This document shows positions 26,938 to 41,546 of a DNA stretch of 64,000 bases, piece after piece. Both the position numbers and the translations under genes were made by a program. The notes beneath the pieces were generated by a model, which was not told where the DNA came from, searched no databases, and saw only the letters and a list, made by a program, of their open reading frames with translations. Numbering within the stretch: the first letter of the stretch is position 1; the number at the start of each line of letters is the position of its first letter. Source of the DNA: the human T2T-CHM13v2.0 reference genome, Homo sapiens; NCBI RefSeq assembly GCF_009914755.1, contig NC_060925.1. One strand, given 5' to 3'.

Positions 26938-27663
26938 ATCTAGTGTCTTGTCGTCCGTTTTGGCTTTCTCCCTGACTCCAGAATGCAGGTAGAGATGTAG
27001 AGACATGCTCTCAGGACAGCTGTTGAGATAAAAAAAATTCTTGTCATTTATTCCCAAGGACATCTGTTTGCCATTTGCATTGAAAAAGTCTCCATTCAAA
27101 CTGCTGTCACATATAAAATCTATTTATATGTCTGTATTTTTCTGTTGTCTTGGCCTTTGTGAGCAGTAGTGTGTTTTTACCAAGGAAACTGTCCTTCCAA
27201 ATAATGAAGCGGAAGTCAGCCTACCTGCTTGCCATTTTTCTTCCCCTTCCATTTTTCAGTTGAAAGGATTGACTTCCTGCCTAGAATAGTTTCTGCTGTG
27301 CTTCTTATCCTTCTTGTGGAGATTTCAGATTATCTGAATTGCTTTTCTATCTTAAGAAAAAACGCAACAATTCTCCCACCTGAGAGGAATGTAAACTGTA
27401 GTAAGTTAGCAGAACCAATCCGTAAAGTTTTTACATTGTTTGTTGCAAAATGCAGCGCTGGTGTCTCCATCACTAACCTTTTCTATCCCTCATTGCTCTT
27501 TCTTTGACTGCAATAGGATACCTCTAGGCAAATCTGTATTCCCGAGACAGAGTGTCCTTTTGGTGAGCTATAAGTACACTCAATGTTAGGCTGAAATACT
27601 AGTTTTTATCTATGGTGAAATGGAATCATATCAGTGACTTTCTTAAAAAGGAAATTTAACTCT

Positions 27664-27790
27664 TGCTATGGTTTGAATGCTTGTCCCTTCCAAACTCATG
27701 TTAAAATGTGATCCCCAATGTTGCAGGTGGGGCTTACTGGGAGGTGTTTGGTCATGGGGTTGGACTTTCATGAATGGATAATACTCTCCC
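27664..27790 (+). mobile_element. MST-type MaLR LTR 5' fragment
   Basis: TGCTATGGTTTGAATG...TCCAAACTCATGTT...GGGAGGTGTTTGGTCATGGGG. Confidence 0.7.
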
Positions 27791-27899
27791 TTAGCAATCT
27801 AAAGCTATCCTCCCTCCTCGGTGCCCTCAGGAATGAGTGTACCATTCTGTATTCACCTATAATTGGCCCACCCATCCTTTTTGAGATATTGATTACATG

Positions 27900-28572
27900 T
27901 TTGTTACACTGATGCATATTGTCTGACGTATCAGTGAGTTTCTGGTTTTCTTATTTTAGTTTACCATTTGTCCTTTAGTTTGTAATGCTTCTAATTTGTT
28001 CTATAAATTTTCTGATGTTAGGGTAAAATCCATTACTTATTCTATCTCATGGAATTTTTATTTCAAATATTTATTTTTCATCTATATATGTCACATTTTT
28101 CATTTTATAACTTCTATTTTTCTCCTATGTTCAATTTTCATTTAAGTACCTTGACATATATATGTATTTATCTATATGCATTTATAAAATATATTTACTT
28201 TAAGTACCTTGAAATTTCCTTCTTTTCTGTCATTTATGAATGACTTATTTTTATCCTGTTAATATATATCTTAATTATATATATCTTATGGCTTCTTTGC
28301 ATTTCAGAGTTTTTTTTGGGTATTTTGATGTTATGCTTTTGAATATCTAGATTTGATTGGCTACCTTTGAACAATGTTGTGGCAGGCAGTTCAGTAACTT
28401 CAGGATGAGTGTTTGTCTGTTGTTGTTTTAAATCTTCTCTTTAAACTTTGTTGAGTTAGTCTAGAGCCATCTGTAATTTGGAGCTAAATGAGCACTGTCA
28501 CTAGGGCATGAACCTCCAGTGGTCTTTACTGAATATCCTGGAGGTACAGAGGGGATTCCCTTCTCTGATTAG
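27900..28572 (-). mobile_element. Ancient L1ME-type 5' region remnant
   Basis: AAACTTTGTTGAGTTAGTCTAGAG...GGTCTTTACTGAAT motif order resembles the antisense L1ME 5' end. Confidence 0.45.
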
Positions 28573-28907
28573 AATTTGGAATATAATGGGAAAAGAGAAA
28601 AATAGAAAGCTATGCATAAACACGTGCATTAAAATGAATTTTATGTGGGCTTTTTCATGAAAATGTTCCTAATGTATTTTATTTTTTTATTGTGGTAAAA
28701 TACACATAACATAAAATGTACTTTGTTAACCATTTGAAGTGTACAGTTCAGTGGTACTAAATATAGTCATAACATTGTGCAGCCGTCCCTACCATCCATC
28801 TCCATAATTCGTTTCATCTTGTAGAACTGAAACTCTATACCCATCAAACAATACTTCCCCATTTCTTCCTCCCCCCAGCTTCTGGCAACCATCATCATAC
28901 CATCTCT
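28573..28907 (+). repeat. ~330-bp direct repeat B, copy 2 (L1 portion truncated at the arm A junction)
   Basis: Same-orientation match to 17447-17776; abuts inverted arm A at ATCTCT|ATAATGCTAATC. Confidence 0.95.
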
Positions 28908-30849
28908 ATAATGCTAATCAAGCATAGTGGCTGTGTTTCTTGCTTCCTCTAGTCCGCAGGTAGCACACAAATGTAATAGACTACTTATTCATTTCACATC
29001 TATTTATTTTCTGCCTTATACCAAGCTTGTGGGATTCTCTTAAATACAACATTTTTATACTTACACCTATGCAATACCCATTAGCATCGCCTTCCTAAAT
29101 CAGGGGAAATTGAGCCTCTGTAAGGTGGAGCAACTTCCTAAGATATAAAACTCAGCATTGAAGTCTGTATACTTCAATATCCTGCCCTCTTCTCATGTGT
29201 CTTTACTGCCTTTTATGTATGTGTTAGGTGTTCAACAAATTCTCTTTTTTAAACTGAATTTAAGCCGTGGAGCAGTGTTTTGTTGAACAATAAATATGAT
29301 ATAGGAGACTCTTCCTCCCTTTCATGTATGATCCTGTTCATGAAAAAGAGAAATTCTTTCATTGTGCTAGAAGCTTAAAATAATGAAAATGCCACTTTCT
29401 ACATTAAACAGAAACTGAAGGGAATCAAGGTGAATTGCATGAGACTTAGAAAACAAGTGGGAAAGAAATCTAGTATAATTTGCCCTTTGTGTACCTTTAT
29501 TATTTAGCGTTTGAGTAAATGATTCCCCAAAATATCTTCCCATCTTAATTCATGTCTATAAAGTAGACGTTTATGTCTCACCTTGTCAAGAAGGGCAAAC
29601 TCTAACATAAACATTCCCCCAAAAATGCTTCCTGCTAAAACGTAAGCTCATTCTGGCTAGAAATGCAGCTCACTTCCTAAAGATTAATTGGTAGCTAATT
29701 TTGCATGCTGTTCTCTGAACTTGAGTGAAAGCTGTCCATCAGGCATACAGGGAATGACGGGAAAGGTGACAACAGAAGATGAATGCTATGTCACTTACCT
29801 ACAAAGATGACCTGCCTTTTCTTTCAAATTCTTGATATCTTAAGACTTCATTAATTCATCTCTCTTTTCCCTTGGTTCAACATTTTGCTATACCAAAACT
29901 CATGTGAAACAATGACCTAATGTAATAAAAATGGCATTTTTCTTTCATGTAGATGCAAGCTAACTGACAATTTTACAATCCACATATTTCCTTTGTCAAT
30001 TTTTCATTCTGTATTGGAAGTAATTGATAGGTATTTCTGAAGGGATGAAGGTGTTTCTGTGTTCATTGTGATCCAAACTATTTTTAGGCCTAGGGGCGTT
30101 TGTAAAACTATTTGTGCCCACTGACCAAGGATCACTGTGGCAGAAAGCAGCAAACTTGCATAAGATGTCACTGCTTCATAGGTTGGCTTCGAAAACTAGG
30201 GGCTTAGTCTATACTCTTATGAATAAAAGACATTAATAGATGTAGTATAAGATTACAATCATATTTTCCTTTTGACAGTCACATTATAAAGCATGATGTA
30301 TTGCAATTAATCTCAATTAGCTGATCACAATTAAAATTAATAATGTTTATTATTGCTGATAAAAATCATGTCTCTCCTGTTCTCAAACGTGCAAGTAATT
30401 CTTGTAATTTTAATACAAATTTGCATATTATTATTAATTGATTTAATCTCATTGGATTTGGTTCATGGATCCAATTTATTAAAATATTGGTAATGGGATA
30501 ATGATTTGTCTCCCCATTTCATGTACACTAAAAACAACATTTCTTACAATGGTCTGCAAGCCCATCATGATCTGCCGCATGTTAACCGCCAAAATTGTTT
30601 TATATCTTCACCCTTGATCTTACCAGTGGTCCTGGCCACCTCACTGTCCTCTGGACATGCCAACTTGCTGCTGACTTATGATCAAGACCCTAGTTAATTT
30701 CTTGGCTTGGAAAGATAGCCCTCCATATATCCATTGATCAGCTCATTCAACTTCCTCAAGTCTTTACTGAAACTTCACATTCTCGATGAGGCCTATTCAG
30801 TATTTCAAACAGCCTCCCAGCTGCAACATTCCAAAACCCCTTACTCTTC

Positions 30850-31649
30850 TGTGTATTTTTGAAAGGATTTATTGAGATATAATTTACATAGTGTAGAGTG
30901 CACACATTAATGTCTACAAGTCAGTGGCTTTTAGTATATGCCCAGATAAGTGGAGCCATCATCACAATGAATTTTAGAGCATTTTCATCACTTCAAAAAG
31001 AAACCCCACCTTCCCTAGCTGTTAACCTCCTATGTACCCATCTCCTACTCAATCCTAAGCAACCACAAATCGGTTTTCTGTCTCTATAGATTTTCCTATT
31101 CTGTTTTCATCTAAATAGAATCATACAATAGGTGGCCTTTTGTGCCTGGCTTCTTTCAGTTGGCATAATGCTATCAAGGTTCATGTACCTATTGGTACTT
31201 TATTTCTTTTTATAACTGTATAACATTCAATTTCATGGATATAACATTTTGTTTATCCAATAATATTTTTATTGACATTTGAGTTGTGTTCAGCCTTTGG
31301 CTATTTTAAATACTGCTGCTAAAAATACTTGTGTACAATTTGTGTTTGAACACTTCTTTCCAATAATCTGGGTGTATACCTAGGAATAAATTTCTGGGTC
31401 ATATGACAATTCTATGTTTCATATATTTAGAAGCCATCAAATTATTTTCCAAAGTAGCCAGTTCTAGCCATAGAGTATCTAACTGTGGTTTTGATTTGTA
31501 GTTGCCTGATGAGTGATGCTATTGAGTATATTTTTATGGGATTATTGACCGTTCGTGTATCTTCTTGGGAAACACATCTATTCCTATCATTTATCAGTTT
31601 TGAGTTGGGATATTTGTGACGGAGTTAAAACAATTTTTCTATATTCAAG

Positions 31650-31696
<47 letters not shown>

Positions 31697-33460
31697 CATA
31701 TAGATACGTGTTTTTCAAATATCTTCTCACAATTTTTGAGCTGCCTTTTGACTTGCTTGGTTGTCCTTTGAAACACCAATGTCTTTAATTTTTAAGAAAT
31801 TTTAAATATCTAATTTTTATTGTGTTGCTCATGTTTTTGGGGTTACAGCTATTTCTTTGCTAGATCCAAAATCCTGAAGACTTTCGCATATGCTTTATTC
31901 TACCTCTTGAATGTGTGTCTTTAATTCATTTGAGTTAATATTTTTGTATGCTTTGGGGTAAGGGTTCGAATTTACTATTTTGCAAGTGGTGATCCACGTG
32001 TACGTTGTTGACCCAGTGTGTTCAAAGACTGTCTCTTCCTCCTTGAATTGCACATGGCACCACTGTAAGAATCCATTGACTGTAGACACATAGTTTTATA
32101 TATGGACTCTCAATTCTCTTCCATCAATCTATATATTTTTCCTTCATCACTATTGTGTTGTCTTCATTACTGATACTTTGCAGTAAGGTTTGGAGCATGG
32201 GGGTGTGAATTATCCTAATATGTTTTCTTTTTTCAAGATTATTTTGGCTATTTTGAGTCCCTTACAATTCCATGTGTATTTTACAATCAGTTTGTCAGTT
32301 TCTAGACAGAAGTCTGTTGGGATATTTGCAGGGATTTCATCAAATCTGTACTTCAAATTGTAAAGTACTACAATATTAAATCGTCCAATTCATGGGTGTA
32401 AGGTGTTTGCTAATTATTTAAATATTCTTTAAACAATAATTTTTAATTTTCAGAGTAAAATCTTGTATCACATTTTCCAAATTAATTATTGTCTCTTTTT
32501 TTTGATGCTATTTTAAATTGAAGTGTTTTCCTAAATTCATTTTGGGGTTTTCATTGCAGATGTGTGCAATTGATTTTTGTACATTTACCTTGTTTGCTGT
32601 AATATTGCTGAAATAATTTACGAGTTCTATCGTTCGGTGGATTCCTTAAAATTTTCTATATACAAGAATGTTATTTTGAAATAAAGTTTTATTTCTTCCT
32701 GTTCAATATGGGTGACTCTTATTTTTTTAGTTGCCGATTTGCCCTGCATAAAATCTTTAGTACAGTGTTGACTAGAAGAGATCAAAGTATATATCCTATT
32801 CTTATCTCTGACCATAGCGGGAAAGCATCCTTTACCATTAAGTTGCATGCTTGCTGTTGGCTTTTCACAGGTGTCATGTATCTGGTGTAGAAAGCTCTCT
32901 ATTCCTGGTTCATTGAGTTTTTGTTTTTATTTTTAATCATTAAAGCATTTGGATTTTGTTAAATGTCTTTTCCGAATCTATCGAGATGATCATGCAATTC
33001 TCTTTTCTTATTCTATGGATAAGATGTATTACCGTAATGGATTTTGGGCTGTTAAACCAACCTGGGATTACTTGTATAAATTTCACTTTGTAATAGTGTA
33101 TAATTCTTTTATATGTTGCTAGATCTGATTTATTAGTATTTTTTAAGGAATTTTGCATTTATACTTATAGTAGTTTTATTTTTCTATGCTATTTTGACTA
33201 ATTTTTGTATCAAGGTAACACTGGCCCCACAGAATAAATTGGGAAGTGAATATTTCTCTTTTTTAAAAAATCTAGTAAAGAATTAATATCAATTTTTCAA
33301 CACTAACAAATATTATTATAAATTATTAATTTATCTAATTTTTATTTTCTTCCTTCTGCTTGCTTTAGGTTTAGTTTGCTATTCGTTCCAGTGCCTTAAT
33401 GTGGAACGTCATCTTATCTCATCCTTTCATTTGTCTTTTCATTTTGTAAATAGTGTCTTT
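30850..33460 (-). mobile_element. Degenerate L1M (paralog of 12650-15500)
   Basis: ORF 32940-33158 (KRIIHYYKVKFIQVIPGWFN) is a decayed L1 ORF2 segment. Confidence 0.85.
31654..31692. repeat. (AT)n microsatellite, about 19 units
   Basis: Pure AT run; the left-arm site at about 14710 has only TATATATG. Confidence 0.95.
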
Positions 33461-36400
33461 TTAGCATCAGATGAGCTCCCCAGGTTGGTAGTACTCCATG
33501 TTTATTGCTGTACAACAATGACAGGTAATATGTCCTGAAGACAATGGAAACTTAACATTCAAAATCTCCTAGATTCCACCTTATATGACATGTCTCTTCT
33601 ATTGCTCCTAATTTCTAACCTTTCTCTATTATAAACCATGAGTACAATGGCATTCAATGAGTTCTGTGAGTCTTTCTAGTAAATTCTTGAAACTGAGGGT
33701 GTTCAGGGGAAGTCCCTGAACTGGCAGTTGGTGTCAGAAGTGAGAATCTTCTTACACGGCCTCTTCCTTTGAACTGTGCAGCTGGACGCAAACTCTGCAC
33801 AATTTGGGCCAGAAGTCTCGTGTTGACTTTGCAGCCTAAAGTATCTTGTAGTTTGTCTGACCCTCAATAAATTTGGTTTCATCAAATATTGTATTTGTTA
33901 CCCCAAAATTACCATCACGTTTTTTTTCTCCCAATAACTAACATTGGGAGAAATAGCCAGGTGAGTCTCTAACTCAACAGAAACAGGTGATCCATATACC
34001 ATATAAGTGGCAATTTCATTTTGCCTTCTTCCACCAAATCTTAGCAACCTCAACCATTGCCATGAGCCACTGTAGGCCTACCAGCTACAAACAAACAAGT
34101 ATCTTGTAAAAATACTTCATACTCCCATTTGATACATTTCCCAGCAAAGAGATGCTTACTTTAACTCTATGCAAGTGGCTCATATGCACGAAGTCTGTAG
34201 ATATTATTCATGTAGTGTGAGAAAATCATCGCAGCGATGCCAGCACATTCTTCTTCCCATGATCTTCTTAGTTTGCAAACATATTCAGGCCATGGGTGAG
34301 AGATTTGTATTTCACAGTACAACAATTTTATGGAGGGCATTGAAACTTACATTGAGCATTTTAGTACAGTCACACATTACTGAATGCTAGGGATACGTTC
34401 TAACTGATGTATCCATAGGCAATTTCATCATTTTGCAAACATCACAGATAATATTACAAACACCTAGATTGTACAGCCTACCACGTTTAGGTTATATGGT
34501 ATAGCCTCTTTCTCCCAGGCTACAAATCTGTGTACTACATTACTCTACTGAATACTGCAGGCAATAAGAACACAGTGGTAAGAGGTTATGTATCTAAACA
34601 TACTTAAACGTAGAAAAGTATGTAAAAATATCTATTATAATCTCATGGGACCACGTTTGTAACTGTAATCCATCTTTGACTAAAATGTTATTATGCATGA
34701 CATGACTCTATGACAAAAATAAAATGACAGATTGTAAAAAATGTACACAGGTATCAAACATATTAATATTGTAAAAATACAAATATTTATTCAGTGTAAG
34801 AATTTGTAATGATCACAAAATGTTCACAGCTTATATTTTAGTACAGTTTCAAATGCCTAGTGCAATTGCTATTTATTTCTGTGTGTATTTTAAACATGTA
34901 TATAATAAATATTTTTCAGGTTCAACAATATATATCAATCCAACTGGCTCTTATACATATTAGTTAACATCAATTAGTAAATTCATATATATATATACAC
35001 ACGTGAATCAGTCTGTATGCATGTGTGTGTAAATGTAACTGTATGTGTGTGTAAATGTAACTGGATGCGTCCTAATATTTACCATTACCTACAAGATTTC
35101 CAAGATTCATTTATTATCTTTAAATGGTGTGCATTTAAAGACTTACCAAATAAAATCGCAATCGTGGAATATATCAAGATGTTATTAAATTCATCTTGTG
35201 CACATAATTGTTTCTTTAAATTTATGTTTCTTGCAAAACTTGCGGTAATGCTCATGCAAAAAATAATTTTCTAAATAAAAAATAAACACATTTTCTCAGT
35301 CATTAATTCTTAATAATTATTTCTCCCCAATAATTAATGTGAATTAATTCTTAATTCTTAATTATAGAATAATGTTGCCCTTCAGAGTTCTGAATCTTTT
35401 GCACGTTGTGTACATTTCACTGACTAGAACATCTTCCGGAATATTGGCATTAATTAATGTCACTCAGCAATTAATGATTTCAAAGAAATTAAATACCATT
35501 CATATTCTGAATCACAAGGGTACTTTGGCATCTAATTTAATCGAGCTCTTTGTATCATCGTCTACACTTTAATTACTTAACAAACATTTCTCTGTGTGAG
35601 AAAGATTGAGAAGGTTATTGTGCTTTTTTATGATGCAACTTTTGCTTAATCTAGAGATAGGCAATGCTCCCTATATGGGACAAAGAGAAAAATCAAAGAG
35701 CAATAGAGATGTGACAGGCATGGAAAAAGACAATACATTTATAAAACAAATAGGGCCACAGATGATGACAATGGGGATCAAATCTTGAGATACTGACTCA
35801 GTTTATAACCGCACTGTACAATAGAGCAAATCATTTGTTAATTATTTTACAAATGGAATCTAATTTAATTAAGATGAATACAGTGTTTTAAACAAGACAG
35901 GTCATCTTAAAATAAAATAGTGGAAAAAGTGATAAAACCAATGTAAAAATCATAAACATTTTATAAAGAATTTTTTCATGTAATTTATTATTTTCCTTTA
36001 AAATCACCCAAATCAAATAATTTTATCTAAATTAACAAATAATCATCAGAAGTTAACTAATTTTTACTTTATAATACTAGGTTTAAAAATTCTTCACTAT
36101 ATTTTTAATCATACATGCTTATACATAAAATAGACATAGGGTATAGGTTTACATGTTCACAGTATTATATTGTAATTGTTCCTATGGATGTGGTTTTTCA
36201 ATAGAATTAATAAGTACTTTTAAAAAGTTTCAATTTCAATGATATATATGTTTATTTTTCTTTGACAAAGCATACATATATTGATAGGTAATAATAAGAA
36301 AATCTTCTAAAGACATTACAGGAACATGAATAAGTAATTAAATCCTCCATAATTTGTAACTTTTTATGTAAGCAGAACACATTTAACTGAAAATTGCTTT

Positions 36401-39400
36401 TATATAATACTCAAACGAGATAAAAACATATTAACTAGCGGAGTAAGTCTTCAAGTTGATAATCTGAACTATAGAAGAGGAGAAACTTCAAGCACTCAAA
36501 TATTTGAAATGCTACAAAATATTTATATAAACTATTATTTAACAATTTCTGTTTGTAGAGTGCTATAGAGTAATCAATATAAATGACATCTCAGTCTTTC
36601 TTTAGCTTTGTCCACATTCACCTCCTAATTTTAATTATTAATATGTTGGAGCAGTGTATACAACTAGATTCCGATCTTCCTTTTAAATGAGTAAAATTAT
36701 GTCCTTTGAGACAGCATTAAAGAAAGAGTACCTTGTATAAATTCAATGCCAAGAGACAAGATATTCTTGATTCTGAAGTCTTGTTCTTTTATACTGCAAT
36801 GTAATTAATAAGAAGAAGAAAAGCAGGACATAGAGATGGAGTCTATTTTCATCAAAAATTGTCTATAGATTTTGATGATAAAATTTAAAACTCTACTATA
36901 TTTAGTTAGTTACAAAAAACTAGGTTGTGGGAACATATTTGGTCAATTAAACACCACTACCAAGTGCTGACGAGAAAAAATGTTAGGTACCACCTTTCTT
37001 CTCTGCAGATGGCCTGAGATGGGTTAATTTGAAAGAATGCTTCCAAACCTGAGGTGACCCCTGAGAACAGCATAATCCACTGCTGTCTCCCACATTCAGT
37101 TTCTCAGTCTGTGCTCTTTTAATTTTGGGGGGAGGGAAGCCAGTCCTTTAAAGCGATCTTCAGCATGATGGCAGAGCCAAGGAGTGTGGACAGGTGGCAC
37201 GGTGTCTGACTTTGTTCCAGCAGCCACTTGGGCTTTCTCTGGGTCTTCTCTGCCCTAGGGATAGCACTACTGTTGAAAACATGTCTTTGTGACATTCTCT
37301 ATGCCAGGAACTCCCAACATATTTTCCTTGAAACTGATGAAATGAATAAAAATAAACCAAGAGGTGTGCTGTTTCTTTCTGTTTCCTCCTTTCTGCAGCC
37401 CTTCTTGATCATCTAATATGTTTAAATATATTGTCGATCACCAAAAGGAGCATAAGCGCTTATTAGTTTGTAGCAGATGTATTAATAGCCCAGCCCCTAT
37501 TCCTTACCTGTAGCTGCTGGGAAGAAAACCATTCTTAACACTCTACAAGTTCTCATCTCCAGGATTTGCACCAGTTTCTAGCTGAGGACTTTCTCTAGCA
37601 GCACAGGAGCTTGTTACTGGGCATGAAGTGGGAAGAAAAGGTGAGGGTAACTAAGAAGAATCTCCCTGGATTCAGTGATGTAATTCTGAGGCATGCTCCA
37701 CATAGCTTCCCATAAAATTAAGCTCAGATATCTAACACAGGAACTTACCTCTTAACACGTGTGGTATTGGCTTTTCTATCTTTCCTGTTTGATTTTGTTG
37801 TCTTTTCTTTGTCTCACTTTCGCTGTGTCCTCACTCCTGCTTTAAGAATACCCAAACAAATACGTTCATTTATTTTTTTAGACTCTCAGAACACAGTTGA
37901 TAGTTGAACTTGTAATCTATGATAATCAGCTTGGATGCTATATTGACAGGAAGATGGTGAACTCACAATGTCTAAATAAGATACAATTTAAAAAATATAT
38001 TGAATCATGTCCAAAGACTTAAAAAGCCTAAGCGGCAGCGTCACAATTTCTTCTTTTTAGTTTACATGGTTTCTTAAACGCCTACAATTATTTTAAAGGA
38101 AGCCTTGAGTCTAGGAAAAATTGAGACATATGGAATAAATTACTAACCCATTTCTCCTTGAAATCCCTTAGATGTTTGATGATTCTTCACATATATTTCT
38201 GAACTGAAAAGCTAGTTGGGAATTATTTTTATAAGAATATCCTTATGTAATATTTTGTTTCTAAGAGTGAATGGAAGGTTTAAAGATTAAATTATTCTAT
38301 CCAGAGAATAAAAAGCAATTATTTCACAAGGAGAACATGTGTATGTTGACACGACATTTTAAAATCTAGATTTTAAAATAGGTCCCATATAATTTTGAGT
38401 CAATTAGAATATGTTTGTATCAGTCTGTCTACAGTTTTACACCTGTCAAAACGTACTTGAACTAAAAGTAGTACCTTGAACAATTTTGAAATTTATTATT
38501 CTTCTGAAACTGATGAAAAGAATGACGGTAGAGTGAAATTTGGATTGGCATAATTTAAGAGAGAAATTATTCCTTGGAGATCAACCTCTGCCAAGATAGT
38601 TTATAATGACATTGAGCCTTTTTGATTTACACAATTCGTTATATAAAAAATACTAAGACGATGACAGATAATACACAGACTTTAATTAAAATTGTACTAA
38701 AATTAAAAGTCTAAATATATTACCAGGGTACGTGGTACATCTAAACGTATGTTTATATATTTTATTTGTGCATTTTATTCCTAGGGTTGCTTTTGCTTTA
38801 GTTTGTAAAACGTTCTTATTTTTATGACAATGTAGTAAATACTGAATGAAGAAAAATCAGGAAATAGAAAATGAAGAAGAAAACATTAGCTATCGTCAAC
38901 CAAATAAAAATTGTGCAATCTCTAAGTACATGAAGATGTATTATTTGTACAGCATGTACAATATTTATGCTTCACAGGGTGAGGTAGAGACTGCAAAACA
39001 TTGAACCTGGGACAAAGAAGAAAGTAAGGAAATTTTCACAATATATTAATATTACAGAAAATGTTGAACTTAACAGTTAAGATACAAGTAGTGAAAAATG
39101 ATAGTATTTAAGGAGATCTAGAAAATTTAATCTATATCAGTAATGTGTGAAAAGTATCAGAATAATGCTTGTATTTCTGCATTGGCATCGATTTCTATTG
39201 AGACTGGAAACATAATAGAAGTGAGCAAAAAAGAATTTAAATCGTGGATACTTGAGTTTTATACCTAGGAGTTCGAGAAATACATTTTGTTACTATCAAA
39301 GCAGTTGGCACAAGAGTGTACAAAATTCCCTAATTGTGTCTATGTGGTGAAGACATAGACAAACAGAGAATAGCAAAACAGAAATAGCAAAAAAGCACAA

Positions 39401-41131
39401 ATAAATTTTACCTGTATTTTTACGTAAAAGCCAATTAGAGTAGGAAAACATGAAATTTGTGTTTTATCAAAATTTTTATCTTATAGTATAGTTGATTATA
39501 TTACTGGAAAAAAATTGAAGCATTAGTATGTTCACACAAAAAAGTAAAATATAAGGTCAAAAGCATGGGAATGCAGGGAGCAGACAAAATACATCTAAAC
39601 ACTGAAACTGATTTTGCCCTACGGACATGTAGCAAAATGAATGAGTGCAGATTCCTACTGTCATACATCACATAGAAAAGTAAAGAAATACATAGTGTTT
39701 CCCAAGATAGGGCATCACACAGGAGCTCTTCCCTAAAGCTAGCACCAAAATTTATATCCTCAGTATAAAGAAGAATCAGAGGTAAATTATTCTCATTTCA
39801 CATTCCCTGGAAATGGCAAATAAAAATGACTTGAGATTGGTCAGATTTAAAGAAACTCAATCATTAATGATTTACAGCAATTAATTTAAAGATTGTTTTA
39901 ATGTACTGTCCAAACATATGTCCAAAAACCTTTAGGCCAAGAATTAATATAATGTGGTCCCAGAATGGTGGCGTCTTTAGTAGACTCACAAAAAATTCAA
40001 ATTCTCTTTGGCAAATTTTCTTCTTACTAATATGCAAAAGTGCACAATAATAATTTTCAGAGAAAAATAAATCTTTGTCATTCAAAGGCATCTAAGTACG
40101 CAAGGAAATGATATTCCACCATTTGAAAGGAAAGCAGAAAAAGAGTACAAACAGATCCACAAACGTTCATTAGTAGAAATATCACTGTTAGATTGTAAAG
40201 CACATTTGCTTTCAAAAAATTTTAAAAAAATGAACATATTTTTAGGAGACTAAAAAATTGATGTAGTAAATTTGAAAAGTAGTTTGTATATAGTATTTTA
40301 AATTAAAAACTCAAAAATGAACTCATCAGATTAGACATGGCCATGGTGAGAGTTCATAAATATTTCAGAATGCATTACAGAAAATTTAAAAAAAGGCACA
40401 ATGTGGACAGAATCATGAAGAGACATGGAAGATACAGTGAGAAAGTGTAACATGTGTTTAGTGAGTGTTCTCATAGAAGAAGGGAACTGGGAAGGGACAA
40501 TATGTGATGGTATTTTGGCTGAAAGTTCTCTAGACTTTTGTAAGACACTAATCGGCATATTCAAAACTTCCATGCCAAATATTATAGACATTTCAAACAC
40601 ACGTCTTTCAGTAATAGATAAAAGAAAAAATTAAAAGAGTAAGTTTTAAAAGAAGCTAGTGGATTTTAAAAAGGGCAAATACTATATGAGGAACATGAAT
40701 ATTATAATTCATGTTATTTTCATGTTCATACAGAATACTTACAAAAATTAACATTTTCTAGACCATACCACAAATTCAAACAATTTTCACGGAAATAACG
40801 TGACACAGAATATATTTCCTAAACAAACAGCAATGAAGGCAGATATCAATACAAAAACGAAAGTTAGAAACATAAGTGTAATAATATTGGTTGGAAGCTA
40901 TTTTAATGAATATTGAAATATTTTAAAGGTGAATAGTCAATACAAATAAACCAAACACTTTTGTAAGGCCACCAAGATACATGTGTAATGTGTAATGCCT
41001 CCTTTTATAAGGGGTAAATCTGTAACGTCACCTGGGCTATTTGACAACTGCAAAGTGAATGTGAGAAGGAGAGAAACAGTGAGAGAGAGAGAGATAAAAC
41101 CAGTAAAGTAAACATAAAGAATGAAGGAGAT

Positions 41132-41546
<415 letters not shown>

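Larger units (their letters stand above)
23643..27256 (+). repeat. Duplicated cassette K, left copy (GC satellite + KSR1 exon 1 + intron 1 start); inverted partner 47864-52890
   Basis: Reverse-complement colinearity from TCAAGATAACAT.TGGGTTCT (about 23653 <-> 52877) to CTTCCATTTTT (27256 <-> 47864), with a shared Alu and MER30. Confidence 0.95.
28907..40575 (-). repeat. Segmental duplication arm A (right copy, inverted), lacking the SVA and AluYg6
   Basis: Reverse complement of 3851-17442 with empty insertion sites at about 32755 and 35300. Confidence 0.97.

Noticed and set aside
17447-28907. B repeats as LTRs of an endogenous retrovirus
   Set aside because: B is mostly an antisense L1 3' end; no TG...CA termini, primer-binding site or gag/pol remnants were seen in the spacer.
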